Shown: positions 1-8,868 of the stretch, one piece after another
How positions within the stretch are numbered: position 1 is the stretch's first letter
Layout of the letters: each line of letters opens with the position of its first letter
IMG/VR virus record: IMGVR_UViG_3300027826_000008
Origin: an uncultured virus (IMG/VR IMGVR_UViG_3300027826_000008)
Lineage: Duplodnaviria; Heunggongvirae; Uroviricota; Caudoviricetes
DNA length: 20,000 nucleotides
Direction: 5' to 3' (one strand)
Program-made: the position numbers and the translations under genes
Notes under the pieces: generated by a model
Seen by the model: only the letters and a program-made list of their open reading frames with translations
What the model was told of the DNA's origin: nothing
Databases searched by the model: none

Positions 1-2471
1 GGCGGCCCCGGTGGCGGAGGACCGCCCGGCCCTCCCGCTCCAGGCGGCTTGGCGGGTGCGCCTAAAGCTCCCTGCCAGCCCGGCGCTCCGACCGAGAGCA
101 ACTGCGGTCCCGCGGCCATCCCTGCCTGTTTCTGCTTCTGGTACACCACCGCGATCTTGAAATAGGCCTTCAGGTTCAGCATCGCTGGCGAACCTACGGG
201 TAACTTCTTGAAGTGCCGCACGGCGTAGCGTGTGATCGTGTCGATCGTCACTTCCATATCGTCGAATTCCGGATCCGGCTCGACGGTAGGCTTAAGCACG
301 GGCTGCCCGGTTTGCGGATCCACCACGCCGGTCGGAATCGGCTCAGTCGCAATCAACTGCTCGATGTCAGCCAGCACCTTGTAGTGGAACGGCGTTTCCG
401 GCAACTCCATATCCGGAGGACCGAGGTAACGCATCGCCTGCCGGCGTGCCTCGAAGGTGTCGAGTACTTCCATGACCAACGGGTTCGGCTCTTTCCCGCT
501 CGCCATCATGAACAGCTGACGGTAAAGCTCGCGCTGTTGCTCGTATCCAATCGGGTAGTCCTGATTGGCTTCCGGTCGCGCGTCGGCTTTCCCGTCGAGG
601 TCCGCCACGACGATCGGCTCCACTTCGAAATCATCGGAGTCGCTGCTGCGCGTGACGTGGTACTGATCTTCCGTCGCGTTCTCGGCAAAGCAATCGACGC
701 TCAGCGTCGCGGCGCGTGCCCACTCGGCACGCACGAGGTTCCAGTAGAGCCACAGCACGCCCATGGCGGTCTTTAGCGCCTGTTCCTGGCCCTTTGCTGT
801 GTCGATGCCTTCCTGATGGCCGCCGTAGGTTTGCGGCACGATGCCGACGAGCAGTTGCACGTATTCGATCAGCAACTTGATCCACTCGAATACGCCGTTG
901 TCCTGATGGAACTGCGGTTGGAAGAAGCCGTCCTGCAACGACTTCCCCATCTCGTGATTCACCGGAACGCCCAGCATGGTTCCGGAGGGGAGATACGCTC
1001 CGTTGAGCGCTTCCCCAAAGATCGTTTGGTTGTAGAGGACCGGAGGGCAGCCAAGGCGGTCGAAGTAATCGTCCGCGCCGTCGACGCGATCGTTAAGCCG
1101 GTCCTGAAAACCGAGCGCCAGGCGCACCGGAGCAACCGGATACGCGCCGGAGTTCTTCTTGCAACCGCACCATGACCAACGCTTGCGAAGGATGTCGTGC
1201 TGGATGTCGATAAGCTTGTCCTGAAAGAACACGCCCACGCAGCCATCCTTCACGAGATCCTGCAACTGCTGCGCTTCGGTCTGCTTGTCCCATGCCGCGA
1301 TCGCATCGGCTGTAAACCACACGCGATGAAGCGTCGGCAGCTTTTGCAGCGTATTGGTCCAGCGCAAGCCTCCCGGCGTTGTCGCACGCATCCGAGAGAG
1401 GCGCGCCAGTTCGCTATCCGGCGAAGAGGCGTCAGACGAGGCGTTTTGCGCGAGGTCCCAATCTTCTGGATACATGCGCCGAAACGCGCCCTTGGTGATG
1501 TCCGTTTGATATTCCAGCAAGGGCGTGTTGGCGATCACGCCGCCGCCACTCGTCGTGGCGTGAGGCATAACTTGCACGCTCAGACTCGACAGCGCATCCC
1601 AGCGCACCTGACCGTTCGCTACTTCGCGCTGCCCCACCACGACCGGCATCTTCATCCGGGCGCCTGGGTAGAAATCTGCCGAAGTGAGCGGACGGCCACA
1701 GCCCGGGCAGGTTTGCAGCTGGTGCAGGTTCTGGAGATTGGCCGGAGCCTCGGTGCCACATTTCGAGCAAACGAAGCGATCGGGCGAGACTTTCTGAACC
1801 TGCCAGTCGAGAACGTCCTCGTAGTGCGTCCCCGTCAGCTGCGGGTCCATCGACCAACGGATGTAGCGGAAATAGCCGCCACAGAGGAACAGGTACTCGA
1901 GACATTGCTCCAAGAAGTCTTTGTCCTGATTGTCGGACGAAATCTTCTTGTAAGCCCTGTCCCGGGCAACGGCTACGCGCGAGTCGAGGTCGCTATCTTC
2001 GACGCCGGGCCACCACTCCACGCCAGGGATTGCAGCGCCCAGCGTCGAGCACCATACGCGGCACAGCCAGTCGATGATGTTGACGTTCTTTTGCGGGGTG
2101 TAGTCCGCATTGCCCTGCTCCGTACCTTGCTGAAAGCCTTGCGCGCGAACGATGTCGTTGTAGCCGACATAGGAGGAGGTCAGCGGGTCCCAGCCGATGT
2201 GCTGGTTTCCGTTGCGATACTCCATCGCCCGCAGGTGCTCGCGCAGCACGTAACGCCGCTGCACGCCCCAATCCTCAATGTGCTGCTTCCAAACGCTCTT
2301 GAGGATGCTCTCGAACTTTTCGACAAGCGCCTTATCGCTCGTTCCGAAGAACGCCGCCTTGCGATCGGACTGCTTCCCTTGGGCGGGCGTAGCGGGTGAA
2401 CGTTCGGGCTTGCTCTGGTTCTGGAGCCCTTGCTGCTGCTGCTCCGGAAGCTGTAGGGCGGTCGCCGCCAT
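1..2471 (-). CDS. Phage portal protein (P22-like/podovirus-type), 3'-partial, >823 aa, with internal CxxC-CxxC zinc ribbon
   Basis: Manual translation from the ATG at 2469-2471 stays open to the window edge (MAATALQLPEQQQQ...). Portal-like segments: RRYVLREHLRAMEYRNGNQHIGWDP; NVNIIDWLCRVWCSTLGAAIPGVEWWPG..DSDLDSRVA; GIVPQTYGGHQEGIDTAKGQEQALKTAMG. The end is Pro/Gly/Ala-rich. It is absent from the ORF track because there is no stop in the window. Confidence 0.8.
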   Translation of the reverse strand, partial: MAATALQLPEQQQQGLQNQSKPERSPATPAQGKQSDRKAAFFGTSDKALVEKFESILKSVWKQHIEDWGVQRRYVLREHLRAMEYRNGNQHIGWDPLTSSYVGYNDIVRAQGFQQGTEQGNADYTPQKNVNIIDWLCRVWCSTLGAAIPGVEWWPGVEDSDLDSRVAVARDRAYKKISSDNQDKDFLEQCLEYLFLCGGYFRYIRWSMDPQLTGTHYEDVLDWQVQKVSPDRFVCSKCGTEAPANLQNLHQLQTCPGCGRPLTSADFYPGARMKMPVVVGQREVANGQVRWDALSSLSVQVMPHATTSGGGVIANTPLLEYQTDITKGAFRRMYPEDWDLAQNASSDASSPDSELARLSRMRATTPGGLRWTNTLQKLPTLHRVWFTADAIAAWDKQTEAQQLQDLVKDGCVGVFFQDKLIDIQHDILRKRWSWCGCKKNSGAYPVAPVRLALGFQDRLNDRVDGADDYFDRLGCPPVLYNQTIFGEALNGAYLPSGTMLGVPVNHEMGKSLQDGFFQPQFHQDNGVFEWIKLLIEYVQLLVGIVPQTYGGHQEGIDTAKGQEQALKTAMGVLWLYWNLVRAEWARAATLSVDCFAENATEDQYHVTRSSDSDDFEVEPIVVADLDGKADARPEANQDYPIGYEQQRELYRQLFMMASGKEPNPLVMEVLDTFEARRQAMRYLGPPDMELPETPFHYKVLADIEQLIATEPIPTGVVDPQTGQPVLKPTVEPDPEFDDMEVTIDTITRYAVRHFKKLPVGSPAMLNLKAYFKIAVVYQKQKQAGMAAGPQLLSVGAPGWQGALGAPAKPPGAGGPGGPPPPGP

Positions 2472-2480
2472 GTCGAAGGT

Positions 2481-2801
2481 CTAGTAGCCGCCCTTCCGTC
2501 CCAGCGCTTCCTTCATCGGCGCGTCATTCATCGAAGCCGCTGCGGCTTTCTTCGCCTTCTTGCCGCCGAAGCGCTTCAGGTTATCGTTGTGGTGCTCGCG
2601 CATCTTGGCTTCCGCGGAATCGTAGGTCTCGTGCGGAGTCTCGATGTCAGGGGGATACGGAGTGTAGCCCTTGCCATCGCTGGCACTGGCGTCGGGTTCG
2701 TGTTCCGCGCTCACGGTGTGGCCGGTGAGGTTGCCGTCCTCGTCGTACATATGCTTCATCGTGACGCGGCGCAAACGTCCACGCTTTACCTCTTTGCCCA
2801 T
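2481..2801 (-). CDS. Small charged hypothetical phage protein (106 aa, Lys/His-rich)
   Basis: GGAGGA RBS just upstream of the ATG at 2799-2801 (MGKEVKRGRLRRVTMKHM...). The stop is 9 nt before the portal start. Confidence 0.7.
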   Translation of the reverse strand: MGKEVKRGRLRRVTMKHMYDEDGNLTGHTVSAEHEPDASASDGKGYTPYPPDIETPHETYDSAEAKMREHHNDNLKRFGGKKAKKAAAASMNDAPMKEALGRKGGY

Positions 2802-2843
2802 GGTTCCTCCCACTGGATTGGCTGCTGTCGCTTGAACGTCCAT

Positions 2844-3230
2844 TTAGCTGGCCTGTGCCTCGTTCGCGGCGCTGTTGAGATCCGCGATCACTGCGGCTTG
2901 CTCGGGAGGCATCGGTCGAGGCCGCCCCTGCTTCGCCAAAAGTTCGGACTCCTGAGTCGCCTCGAAGTTCGCCAGCGTCTTGCGGATCGCCTGCGGAGAG
3001 GGCCGCGATGCTGGTGGCTTTGTCTCCGTCTTCGGCGCTTCCGGCGCCGGTTTCGGCTTGTAAACGTCAGGCAGTGAGCCCGGATCCACAATCACGCCAC
3101 CAGTGCGCAGCAGCATCACGTTCCACAGCGTATCGATGCGGGCGTGCGCCCCTTGAAGCTCCGCCCGGAGCCGCTCAATTTCCTCGCGCTGATCTTCGAA
3201 GCGTCCGCGTGAAACCCAAGGCCATTTCAT
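2844..3230 (-). CDS. Hypothetical phage protein (128 aa) with N-terminal coiled coil and Pro-rich linker
   Basis: MKWPWVSRGRFEDQREEIERLRAEL...; fills the gap between neighbouring genes on the operon strand. Confidence 0.7.
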   Translation of the reverse strand: MKWPWVSRGRFEDQREEIERLRAELQGAHARIDTLWNVMLLRTGGVIVDPGSLPDVYKPKPAPEAPKTETKPPASRPSPQAIRKTLANFEATQESELLAKQGRPRPMPPEQAAVIADLNSAANEAQAS

Positions 3231-3247
3231 GACTTAGTTCTCACAAG

Positions 3248-5248
3248 CTAGTTTGAGCAACGCACATTCATAACGATGGTTTGCCCGGCTGATGGCGTTC
3301 CGTTGAAAGTCAGGGGTACATTCGTGGTGGTCGGGGTGCCAACGACGAAATTCGAATATGTCGCCGTTCCTCCGGTCATAAAGGCACCACAGTTTGGAGC
3401 TACCCAGAAGGTGCTCGGAAAGGTCGGAGTGACAACTGGGTTCGAACCGCTCGGGGATGTTCCGACAGTCAGCGTGCACGTGAAGTTTGACGAATCGCCC
3501 GAGCAGGCCGTCGCGGCCGGACCCGTTCCCCATCCGGACGTGAAACCGATATTTCCGCTGGACTGAGCGGTCCCGGTGATGGAACAGGAATGCCCGAAAA
3601 GCAAACCTGAGTTCGCCGTGTAGACCGTGGTGCCTGAAACGTCGTTGCCGCAGTCGTCGAAGAACGAGGAGCCGGAAGCGTTATAGAGGGTAAGTGATCC
3701 ACGAACTTTCGTGCCGCGAAGGTGAATCGTATTCCCTGAGTTGAAGGCCGCGATACCGGCATTGAAGCTTGACAAGCCGACAGTCGAGCCGGTGATATCG
3801 ATCGATCCCGTGCCCTGCACAGCTGAGCCAAGGGGTACGCAGCGGCCCACAAGAATCGATTCGCCCGAGCTACCGACGCTACCGTAGTTGCCGATCTGGG
3901 AGTTAGAGACGTAAACGATGGCTGGCGAAGTCGCGTTTTGCACGCACAAGTTCACGCCGTTGGTTGAAGGCGCGTTCCCAAGCGTCGAGCCGCTTAGTAG
4001 CACTACGTTGGTCGAGCCCTGTCCCGCAATCCAGATGTTCGCGGACTTGTTATCCTGCGCCGTGATGCCTTTGAGCGTGGTAGCTCCGAGGCCCGCATTG
4101 CCCGTCTTTATTCCTACGTCGCCGCAATAGTCTTCGGTGATTTCGTTGGCGATGACCTGCCCGTCAAGTTCGACGCATGTGCCCAGACCGTTGAAAGCAG
4201 CGCCCGCGCCCCACGCGAGGAAGGTCATGTGATCCATGAAGGAGTTGTTGCCGGGGTTCATCTGGAAAAGCTCCTTGCCAGTGAAGCCCGTCAGCGTCGA
4301 GACGCCACCACCGAATATCGTGAAGTCGTGGAACCATCCGCCGTCAGATGCACCGCCGAAACACGCGGCCCCGCTTGCCCCGTTCACACAGTCGGTCGCG
4401 ACCATGCTCGGCATCACCATGATGTAAGTCGCTAGCATCCCGCCGCCGAAGTAGCCGAAGCCATTGCGGGCGCCACCCGTACCGGAGCACACCGACGTCT
4501 GATAGAAGTGCTTGTGCTTGACCAAGATCACCGCAGGCCCGTCGGCCTCCGGATTTGAGCTTGGTAACTGGCCCATCGTGCAGGCTGTAGTAACGAGCGT
4601 CTCAAAACTAGAGAGTGGCGTGTCTTCGTACTGACCCCAGCCGCAGAAGTGAATGGTCGATCCCGTCGTCGTCGTCGACACGGTGACGTTGGTCCCGCTG
4701 TTAATGCTCGTGATGGTGCCTTCGGGAAGCTGAATATCTCCCGAGCCGCCGCCCAGCGTCGTCAGCCCAGTGCAGAAGATGGCCGCACCCACGGACGCAT
4801 TGGTCGTGAAGTTCCCGTCAGTGCAGGTGATTGAAGATGAACTCGCGGCCGCTGAACAGTTGAACGAAAAGTGTCCCTCGCCCACCACGCCAGAATTGAC
4901 CGCGCTGATCGGCTGCCCCGCCGAGAGAATCGATCCCCAGACGCTGTTCTGGCAGGTATAGATCACACCAGTCGAGCTAACCATCTGCGGCTGCGTCCCG
5001 GGCGTGCAGGATCCGCTCGGGGGCACAGTGACGACCGTCAGGCCACCGCCAGAGCAGTTGATCGTCAGCACACTGCTGACAACAGAGGCGGTGCAGCCCG
5101 ACGCAAAGTTGATTGGAACGAAGCCCTTGCCGGTAAAAACGGGCGTTCCTGTGTTCTGGAACTGCAGGATGGTGGGCGCCGTCTTCTGTGCGGCCGCACC
5201 GATCGCAAGGCCGACGAGGACCGCGACTGCCATCAGAATCCGTCGCAT
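3248..5248 (-). CDS. Exported tailspike/adhesin-like protein (666 aa) with predicted right-handed beta-helix and beta-sandwich tip
   Basis: Start reassigned to the ATG at 5246-5248 (GGAGG RBS; TAATG overlap with the upstream gene). Sec signal MRRILMAVAVLVGLAIGAAA|Q. G/N/T-rich beta-helix-like coils (FHDFTIFGG, TTLKGITAQDN, VYVSNSQIGN, IDITGSTVG). C-terminal TPTFPSTFWVAPNC tip-like domain. Cys-rich. Confidence 0.7.
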   Translation of the reverse strand: MRRILMAVAVLVGLAIGAAAQKTAPTILQFQNTGTPVFTGKGFVPINFASGCTASVVSSVLTINCSGGGLTVVTVPPSGSCTPGTQPQMVSSTGVIYTCQNSVWGSILSAGQPISAVNSGVVGEGHFSFNCSAAASSSSITCTDGNFTTNASVGAAIFCTGLTTLGGGSGDIQLPEGTITSINSGTNVTVSTTTTGSTIHFCGWGQYEDTPLSSFETLVTTACTMGQLPSSNPEADGPAVILVKHKHFYQTSVCSGTGGARNGFGYFGGGMLATYIMVMPSMVATDCVNGASGAACFGGASDGGWFHDFTIFGGGVSTLTGFTGKELFQMNPGNNSFMDHMTFLAWGAGAAFNGLGTCVELDGQVIANEITEDYCGDVGIKTGNAGLGATTLKGITAQDNKSANIWIAGQGSTNVVLLSGSTLGNAPSTNGVNLCVQNATSPAIVYVSNSQIGNYGSVGSSGESILVGRCVPLGSAVQGTGSIDITGSTVGLSSFNAGIAAFNSGNTIHLRGTKVRGSLTLYNASGSSFFDDCGNDVSGTTVYTANSGLLFGHSCSITGTAQSSGNIGFTSGWGTGPAATACSGDSSNFTCTLTVGTSPSGSNPVVTPTFPSTFWVAPNCGAFMTGGTATYSNFVVGTPTTTNVPLTFNGTPSAGQTIVMNVRCSN

Positions 5249-5640
5249 TAGCGCTGCCTCCACTCGCGTACCCGGACGTTCGTCGCGGTTACGGTCGCTG
5301 AGATCACCTTCACGAACGGAGTAGCAGGGCGCACGGTTTGATCGGCCATCGTCATCTGCGGCACGCCCATCGAGCGATTCTTTTGCACCGAGTCTCCGAT
5401 AATGATTGCGTCGCCGGGAACGAGCGGGTAGTTGTTCGCATAGTTCTCGTCGGCGCGTTGGTACACAATTCCCTGCGCGTTGAAGGCGCCCACGTAGGCA
5501 GCGGGCGGGCACTCTTCAATCTCGACATAGCCCGTGAAGATCGAAGCGGAGATCAGCACCTGGCCGCCGCCGCTACCGTTGACGGCGATGATGCGCTCCT
5601 TCGGATCGGCCACATTGCTCACGCCTGCAGTGTTCGGCAT
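5248..5640 (-). CDS. Hypothetical beta-rich protein (130 aa), no signal peptide; possible virion component
   Basis: GGAGG RBS before the ATG at 5638-5640 (MPNTAGVSNVADPKERIIAV...); coupled to the downstream gene by TAATG. Confidence 0.65.
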   Translation of the reverse strand: MPNTAGVSNVADPKERIIAVNGSGGGQVLISASIFTGYVEIEECPPAAYVGAFNAQGIVYQRADENYANNYPLVPGDAIIIGDSVQKNRSMGVPQMTMADQTVRPATPFVKVISATVTATNVRVREWRQR

Positions 5641-5653
5641 CAAGAGCCTCCGT

Positions 5654-5854
5654 TTACTTCTGTCTTGCCAGCGCCCGCCGCGCGGCACGCTCGCCGCGTG
5701 ATCCACTGGCCGCATACTCTGTGTTGCCAGCGGCGGCCTTCTTCTTCTCGCTCTCCTCGATCGCGATAGCCTGCGCGCGACTCGTCACCTTCTGGCCAGA
5801 ACCTGAGCGCAGGGTTCCGGCTGCAAACTTGGGCATTACTTCGTCGTAGGGCAT
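5654..5854 (-). CDS. DUF6496-like small basic protein (66 aa)
   Basis: VMPKFAAGTLRSGSGQKVTSRAQAIAI resembles the DUF6496 consensus as I recall it (vM.efK.G.LhSGsg.kVt.rkQAIAI). Confidence 0.75.
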   Translation of the reverse strand: MPYDEVMPKFAAGTLRSGSGQKVTSRAQAIAIEESEKKKAAAGNTEYAASGSRGERAARRALARQK

Positions 5855-6018
5855 TCGTCCCCTTTGACTTCCGAGAGCAGCACCTCGGTCGCAGTCAGCC
5901 GCTTGGCGGTAGGCTGTGCCAGGTAGTCAACCGCGCGCTTCATGGCCTGCTCCTCGTCCTTGGCATGGAGGAGCACCTTCCCCGCAGGCCACTCGACTTT
6001 GAAGAGACGGTCGGCCAT
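5836..6018 (-). CDS. Hypothetical protein (60 aa)
   Basis: The ATG immediately follows the TAA of the upstream gene (TAAATG); it overlaps the downstream gene by 19 nt. Confidence 0.55.
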   Translation of the reverse strand: MADRLFKVEWPAGKVLLHAKDEEQAMKRAVDYLAQPTAKRLTATEVLLSEVKGDECPTTK

Positions 6019-6204
6019 TTACTTCCCTCGATTCGCTGCGAATCGCGCCTCTTTCCCGAGCGTCCCGGGCGCGTTGTACTCCTTACGCGCGTATTCCTGA
6101 GTGCTCATGCCGGCGTTCTGAGCCTTCTTGCCGAACAGTCCAACCGTGCCCTTGCGTTCCATCGCCTTGCGGGCCTTCTGCATCCACTTGTGTTCTTCGG
6201 CCAT
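6019..6204 (-). CDS. Small basic phage protein (61 aa; KWMQKA...PGTLGKEARFA)
   Basis: GGAGAG RBS before the ATG at 6202-6204. Resembles small Lys/Arg-rich phage proteins of the 'KWIQKA...PG.LG.RARLA' type. Confidence 0.7.
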   Translation of the reverse strand: MAEEHKWMQKARKAMERKGTVGLFGKKAQNAGMSTQEYARKEYNAPGTLGKEARFAANRGK

Positions 6205-6220
6205 TGGCTCTCTCCGGCGC

Positions 6221-6256
6221 AAAAATTTGAGGGGCGGAGCCGGAGCCCCGCCCTCA
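6221..6256 (-). terminator. Probable intrinsic terminator after the 6286..7140 gene
   Basis: Minus strand GGGCGGGGC-TCCG-GCTCCGCCC (9-bp stem with one G-U) followed by CTCAAATTTTT; the U-tract is imperfect. Confidence 0.55.
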
Positions 6257-6285
6257 CCCTTCCCCAAGGGACTGCACCAACGTCG

Positions 6286-7140
6286 TTAGAACGCTTCGAG
6301 CGTCGCGACAAGATTCGCCAGCGTGGTGGACGTCTGCGTCGCGATTGCGATCGAAACGATGTCGCCTGCCACGACCGCTACGGTGTGGGTTGTGTCCGAA
6401 CACGACGTTCCCGTACCAACCGTGCAGGTGATCGAAGTCGCGGAACCGTTTTTGTAGATGGTCGCAACTCCGTCAGAGCCGTTGACACCAACCGCGGTCG
6501 AGGTGATGGAAAGGCCCTTCAGTACACCGGCTCGCGGGATAGAGGTACCGCCAGCCGTGGAAGGAGCAAACACCGTGGAGCAAGCAAGCGCTAAGCCAGG
6601 ATCCAAGCCGGTCAGTCCATCAGTGGCCGCGCTGCTGGCCGTGCCGATGCAGTGACCGGAGAGCAGGATCACACCGGTATCGAGCGGGTAGGAAGCGCCG
6701 TTATCGTTTGCGGCTTCCGCCCTGCCCGCATCGCCCGAGATGATCTGCACACCAGAGCCATGCGTGTTCGAAAACGTTGCCGTGAACGAACAGGTGTACG
6801 GCAGGATCGCGGGCTCGGTCGAAGGCTGCGGCGACGAGACCGCGCTAGGCGTCAGCGTTTCGGTGTTCGCCCCGTCGACAACGGTAATGGGCACGTTGGT
6901 GGCAAGCGGGAAAACCTGCCGGTTGCCTCCGCCCTGCGGTCCCCCCACGTTCACGTAGCAGTTCACGAGGGTCACCGTGGCGGCGCCAGCCGTGCCGACC
7001 GGAGAACTGGTCGTCATCACCCAGTTTCCGTACAGGGACGACAGGTTGCTGAGAGCGTTGGTGGATTGAGCCAGCGCTGGGAGAGTACCAGCTACCAGCC
7101 CGCTGATTAGCACAACTGCCAGCGCAAGCTTTCGGATCAT
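6286..7140 (-). CDS. Exported Thr/Ser/Gly-rich beta protein (284 aa), possible structural/decoration protein
   Basis: AAGGAG RBS before the ATG at 7138-7140. Sec signal MIRKLALAVVLISGLVAGTLPALA|Q. C-terminal beta-sandwich-like segment (RAGVLKGL...TIYKNGSATSITCTVGTGTSCSDTTHTVAVVAGDIVSI). Confidence 0.7.
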   Translation of the reverse strand: MIRKLALAVVLISGLVAGTLPALAQSTNALSNLSSLYGNWVMTTSSPVGTAGAATVTLVNCYVNVGGPQGGGNRQVFPLATNVPITVVDGANTETLTPSAVSSPQPSTEPAILPYTCSFTATFSNTHGSGVQIISGDAGRAEAANDNGASYPLDTGVILLSGHCIGTASSAATDGLTGLDPGLALACSTVFAPSTAGGTSIPRAGVLKGLSITSTAVGVNGSDGVATIYKNGSATSITCTVGTGTSCSDTTHTVAVVAGDIVSIAIATQTSTTLANLVATLEAF

Positions 7141-7184
7141 TTGGTTGAGTCTCCTTATTCGGTTAACTGCGACTTTCAAACTCG

Positions 7185-7661
7185 TTAGGCCGCGATGCCC
7201 GCGGCGTTCCATACGGCTTGAATCCCCGCACTTTCGTATAGATCGCGCGCCTCATCGTTTGGCGACACGGGAAAAACGCCCGTCAACTGCAGGTGTGGCG
7301 CATCCGGATGACTCCAGCAAGCGCCACAGGTGAACCCTGCGGCTTGCGCGAGGTCGACCATGGTCTTCCAAAGTGGGCTTGCCGGATCCCAATTCGGCTG
7401 ACCGAGCAACGAGGCCGGCGCCGCATCAAGCGCCATACCGAACTCGTGCCAGGACTGGCCCGGCGCCGCATCGGTTACGACAGGACCCGGAGCCGTGCGG
7501 CCCTTCGCATAGAGCGCGGCTTGCGCTGCCCAGCTGCGAAGGCCCTGCACGACTTCGAGACTGTCCCCTGTAGCCTGCGCAAACGCCTCGGCAAGCGCGG
7601 TGAACTTGCTGACGAGCACGGGATGCAGGGGAGCTAACAGCGTTGTGCTTCGAGTGTCCAC
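7185..7661 (-). CDS. M15-family Zn peptidase (L-Ala-D-Glu endopeptidase-like); probable endolysin
   Basis: GLRSWAAQAALYAKGRT, SWHEFGMALD (His/Asp ligands) and DAPHLQL (catalytic acid plus His ligand) match the CwlK/Ply500-type M15 pattern. GTG start; no signal peptide. Confidence 0.9.
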   Translation of the reverse strand: MDTRSTTLLAPLHPVLVSKFTALAEAFAQATGDSLEVVQGLRSWAAQAALYAKGRTAPGPVVTDAAPGQSWHEFGMALDAAPASLLGQPNWDPASPLWKTMVDLAQAAGFTCGACWSHPDAPHLQLTGVFPVSPNDEARDLYESAGIQAVWNAAGIAA

Positions 7662-7663
7662 GG

Positions 7664-8254
7664 CTATTGGAGCTTCCCGAAGCTGACAACACGGATAAAG
7701 GCGTTATGCAGGTGCACGTGATGCTTCTTGTCCATCACGGCATTGAAGCGCCGCACACAGTCGTTGGCGGTCCACGTCGAGGTTGTCGCAGAGCCGTGCA
7801 GTGCAGCCAGCGCCTTCGCCTGAGTCGGAGCAACCGCACAAGCGGCGATCGGCGCCTCCACCTCGTTGATGGCTTGCTGCGCAATCTGCATCGCAGCGTT
7901 GATCTGCGACTGAGTCGTCGGGTTGTTTACCTGGCCAAGCGCCTCGATGGCGGTCAGGTCACCGGCGAAGGTTTGGACAGCCACATTGAACTGTGCGCAG
8001 GTTCCGGTGACGTTCTGCGCGGCGGCAGCCTGCACCGATTTCGCGAGCGTGTTGACGGCCGCCTGATCCGCCTGGATCTTCGCAACCAACTGCGAATTAA
8101 CCGGCGTGCCCTTGGCGATCGAGATCACATCCAGAATCTGAATCAGGATCGGGCCTGCGATTTGCAGGTAGCCCTCGAAGGTCGACAGCCAGGCAGTCGA
8201 GCACCCGGCCAGCATCAGCGTGCCCACAAGGCACAGCGCAAGTGTTTTCTTCAT
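7664..8254 (-). CDS. Helical lipoprotein (196 aa), possible lysis accessory or spanin-like protein
   Basis: AAGGAG RBS before the ATG at 8252-8254. MKKTLALCLVGTLMLAG|C lipobox. Ala/Gln-rich helical body. Lies 2 nt upstream of the endolysin. Confidence 0.7.
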   Translation of the reverse strand: MKKTLALCLVGTLMLAGCSTAWLSTFEGYLQIAGPILIQILDVISIAKGTPVNSQLVAKIQADQAAVNTLAKSVQAAAAQNVTGTCAQFNVAVQTFAGDLTAIEALGQVNNPTTQSQINAAMQIAQQAINEVEAPIAACAVAPTQAKALAALHGSATTSTWTANDCVRRFNAVMDKKHHVHLHNAFIRVVSFGKLQ

Positions 8255-8277
8255 CAAAGTTCTCCTTTGGGTTGGGG

Positions 8278-8844
8278 TTACTGCATTGCGTCGCGGACGT
8301 AGTGCTGCACGCAGTAGCTCGTCATTCCTCCGGTAAACGGAGCCCACAAATACTTGTGGGAGATAAAGCTGAAGCCCGCGATGGCCAGAACAACGGGCGC
8401 CTCTGAATGGAACTGCTCGCGTGCTCCGTGAGTCACCAGCACGTCGGTTGTCATTGCCGCCGCGCAACTACCCACAGGCACCAGAAAGGTCCAATCGGAC
8501 AGAACTTGCTTGTTCGTACGAAGTGGCGCGTCTTGCCACGATTTGCGATAGCTCAAGAACTTCGCACGCGGAGCCACCGCTTTAACCGGCTGCGGCTGCG
8601 GAGCGTCCGGCATGTCGCAGGCGCCGAGGCCAATCACCGAGATCGGCCCTTTGAACTTCGGATCCATGCACTCCGGAAGGAAGTCGCCCCACTTGTGCGA
8701 GATCCCATCGTTGCCGGTTGCCCAGTTGAAGACGTTCGGCGGCAGCGCGTCGTCGCACATGACCGAACGAGTGCACAGGCTGTTCTGCGCAAACATCGGC
8801 AGACACACCAGCGCGACAACTGCGAGAAGTCTCAAGAGTTTCAT
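8278..8844 (-). CDS. Exported/membrane hypothetical protein (188 aa) with Cys-rich N-domain and hydrophobic C-domain
   Basis: Sec signal MKLLRLLAVVALVCLPMFA|Q from the ATG at 8842-8844; hydrophobic stretches in the C-terminal half. Confidence 0.6.
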   Translation of the reverse strand: MKLLRLLAVVALVCLPMFAQNSLCTRSVMCDDALPPNVFNWATGNDGISHKWGDFLPECMDPKFKGPISVIGLGACDMPDAPQPQPVKAVAPRAKFLSYRKSWQDAPLRTNKQVLSDWTFLVPVGSCAAAMTTDVLVTHGAREQFHSEAPVVLAIAGFSFISHKYLWAPFTGGMTSYCVQHYVRDAMQ

Positions 8845-8868
8845 TTGCTTGGGTACTGAACGGTGCAA

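Noticed and set aside
213..2399. Long plus-strand ORFs (213..776, 816..1175, 1197..2399) and similar plus-strand ORFs across the window
   Set aside because: They are antisense shadows of GC-rich minus-strand genes, with implausible Arg/Leu/Val-rich composition and no convincing RBS or motifs.
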